Shown here: one piece after another, positions 63,149-64,000 of the stretch | How the letters are laid out: each line of letters begins with the position of its first letter | How positions within the stretch are numbered: position 1 is the stretch's first letter | Assembly: GCA_965249105.1 (NCBI GenBank) | Contig: OZ252219.1 | Location: 633,262-697,261 of the forward strand | Direction: 5' to 3' | DNA: 64,000 nt | Source of the DNA: Vicinamibacterales bacterium | Lineage (GTDB): Bacteria; Acidobacteriota; Vicinamibacteria; Vicinamibacterales; UBA8438 | Position numbers and translations under genes: made by a program | The notes under the pieces: model-generated | What the model was told of the DNA's origin: nothing | Seen by the model: only the letters and a program-made list of their open reading frames with translations | Databases searched by the model: none

Positions 63149-63970
63149 ATGTCCGGCCACGCCGTATGGGGCGTGGTGATGCCCCTCAAGGAAGGCTGGA
63201 CGCGCGTCGTAGGCAGGACCGAACGCTGTGGTGTGGGTCGCGACGTCGAGGAAGCACTGCGCCTTTATGACCTGTCCCTTCCGGTGAGTCCCGTCGACAT
63301 CAAGCGGAAGTACCGGGCGTTGGCGCTGGCCCACCATCCCGACCGCCACGCCGGTAATCCCGGCGCGGCAGAGAAGATGAAGGCGTTGAACAGCGCCTTT
63401 GAGGTGCTCACCGGCGTCGACCCGAACACGCTCGGGTTCGAGGAGTCCGACATCACGTATTTCGCGCGGCTGGCCCCCGACCAGGTGGTAGAGCTGAAGG
63501 GATTCCGATTCGAGATCACCCTGACAGGCGGTACGCCTCAAGACTGGGTCTACGCCGCCAGCTTCGCTGCGGCCGGCGGTGGCGCCTACGTGGCGACGTA
63601 CGCCGGCAAAGTCATCCTGCTCTCTCGGGAGGGGCAGCCGCGTGTCGTCTACGACATCGGAACCTGCCCGACCGAGATCATCGACATCGGTCGATACACG
63701 TACTTCCTGACGCCCACGAGGCTCTATGTCGTCGAGGACCGGACCAAGCTCGCGGCCTTTCTCGACGTCTTCCAGCAAGGACGGCTCCTCGTGTCGCCAT
63801 CAGGGTTCGGACTGCTCACGCGCAAGCAGCTCCAGTGGTTCACGGTCGCGGGGACGAAAGTGGGCGAGCTGCTGACCCGCGATCCCATCCGAGCCGTGCA
63901 CCCCACCGACGGCGGCGCGATTGTGCAGACACGACAGCATCAGGTGGAGGTACGGGGCCTCGCGTTGTGA
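63149..63970 (+). CDS. J-domain-containing protein, probably 5'-truncated
   Basis: DIKRKYRALALAHHPDR...AAEKMKALNSAFEVL followed by a beta-rich C-terminus. Confidence 0.7.
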   Translation: MSGHAVWGVVMPLKEGWTRVVGRTERCGVGRDVEEALRLYDLSLPVSPVDIKRKYRALALAHHPDRHAGNPGAAEKMKALNSAFEVLTGVDPNTLGFEESDITYFARLAPDQVVELKGFRFEITLTGGTPQDWVYAASFAAAGGGAYVATYAGKVILLSREGQPRVVYDIGTCPTEIIDIGRYTYFLTPTRLYVVEDRTKLAAFLDVFQQGRLLVSPSGFGLLTRKQLQWFTVAGTKVGELLTRDPIRAVHPTDGGAIVQTRQHQVEVRGLAL

Positions 63971-64000
63971 CAGCCGACGCGGGGGGGCGCCAGGGTCAAG

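Overview
High-GC bacterial window. The gene inventory (Oar-type TonB receptors, PQQ dehydrogenases, CRTAC1/ASPIC-UnbV, NHL, DUF1800/DUF1501-like and Hanks-kinase fragments) suggests Acidobacteriota, probably Vicinamibacterales-like; this is inference. The left half (~2-33.5 kb) is a periplasmic and surface gene region: three intact PQQ dehydrogenases plus one fragment, c-type cytochromes, a frameshifted Tat-exported FMN oxidase, an M28 peptidase, two NHL proteins, a tandem CRTAC1-TPR-CRTAC1-TPR-CRTAC1 array with loop-focused variation, and an AraC regulator with a divergent TonB receptor. The right half (~33.6-64 kb) is a heavily rearranged zone of IS elements (IS3, IS21, IS30, IS110, IS256, IS1182-like, unclassified rve), an ORF-less group II intron relic, a tRNA-Ser-like fragment, gene fragments and a 99-bp tandem-repeat protein. 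Two patterns are not explained by standard features. (1) A dispersed ~85-bp repeat with phased 10-bp ATCCCGGnTT iterons occurs 7 times, mostly at gene breakpoints, and twice forms outward-facing pairs around ~1.05-1.1 kb of scrap DNA. (2) Four co-oriented 5' stubs of Ser/Thr kinase genes occur in 7.5 kb, three of them preceding unrelated cargo genes in a cassette-like arrangement. All family assignments come from motif recognition, not database searches.
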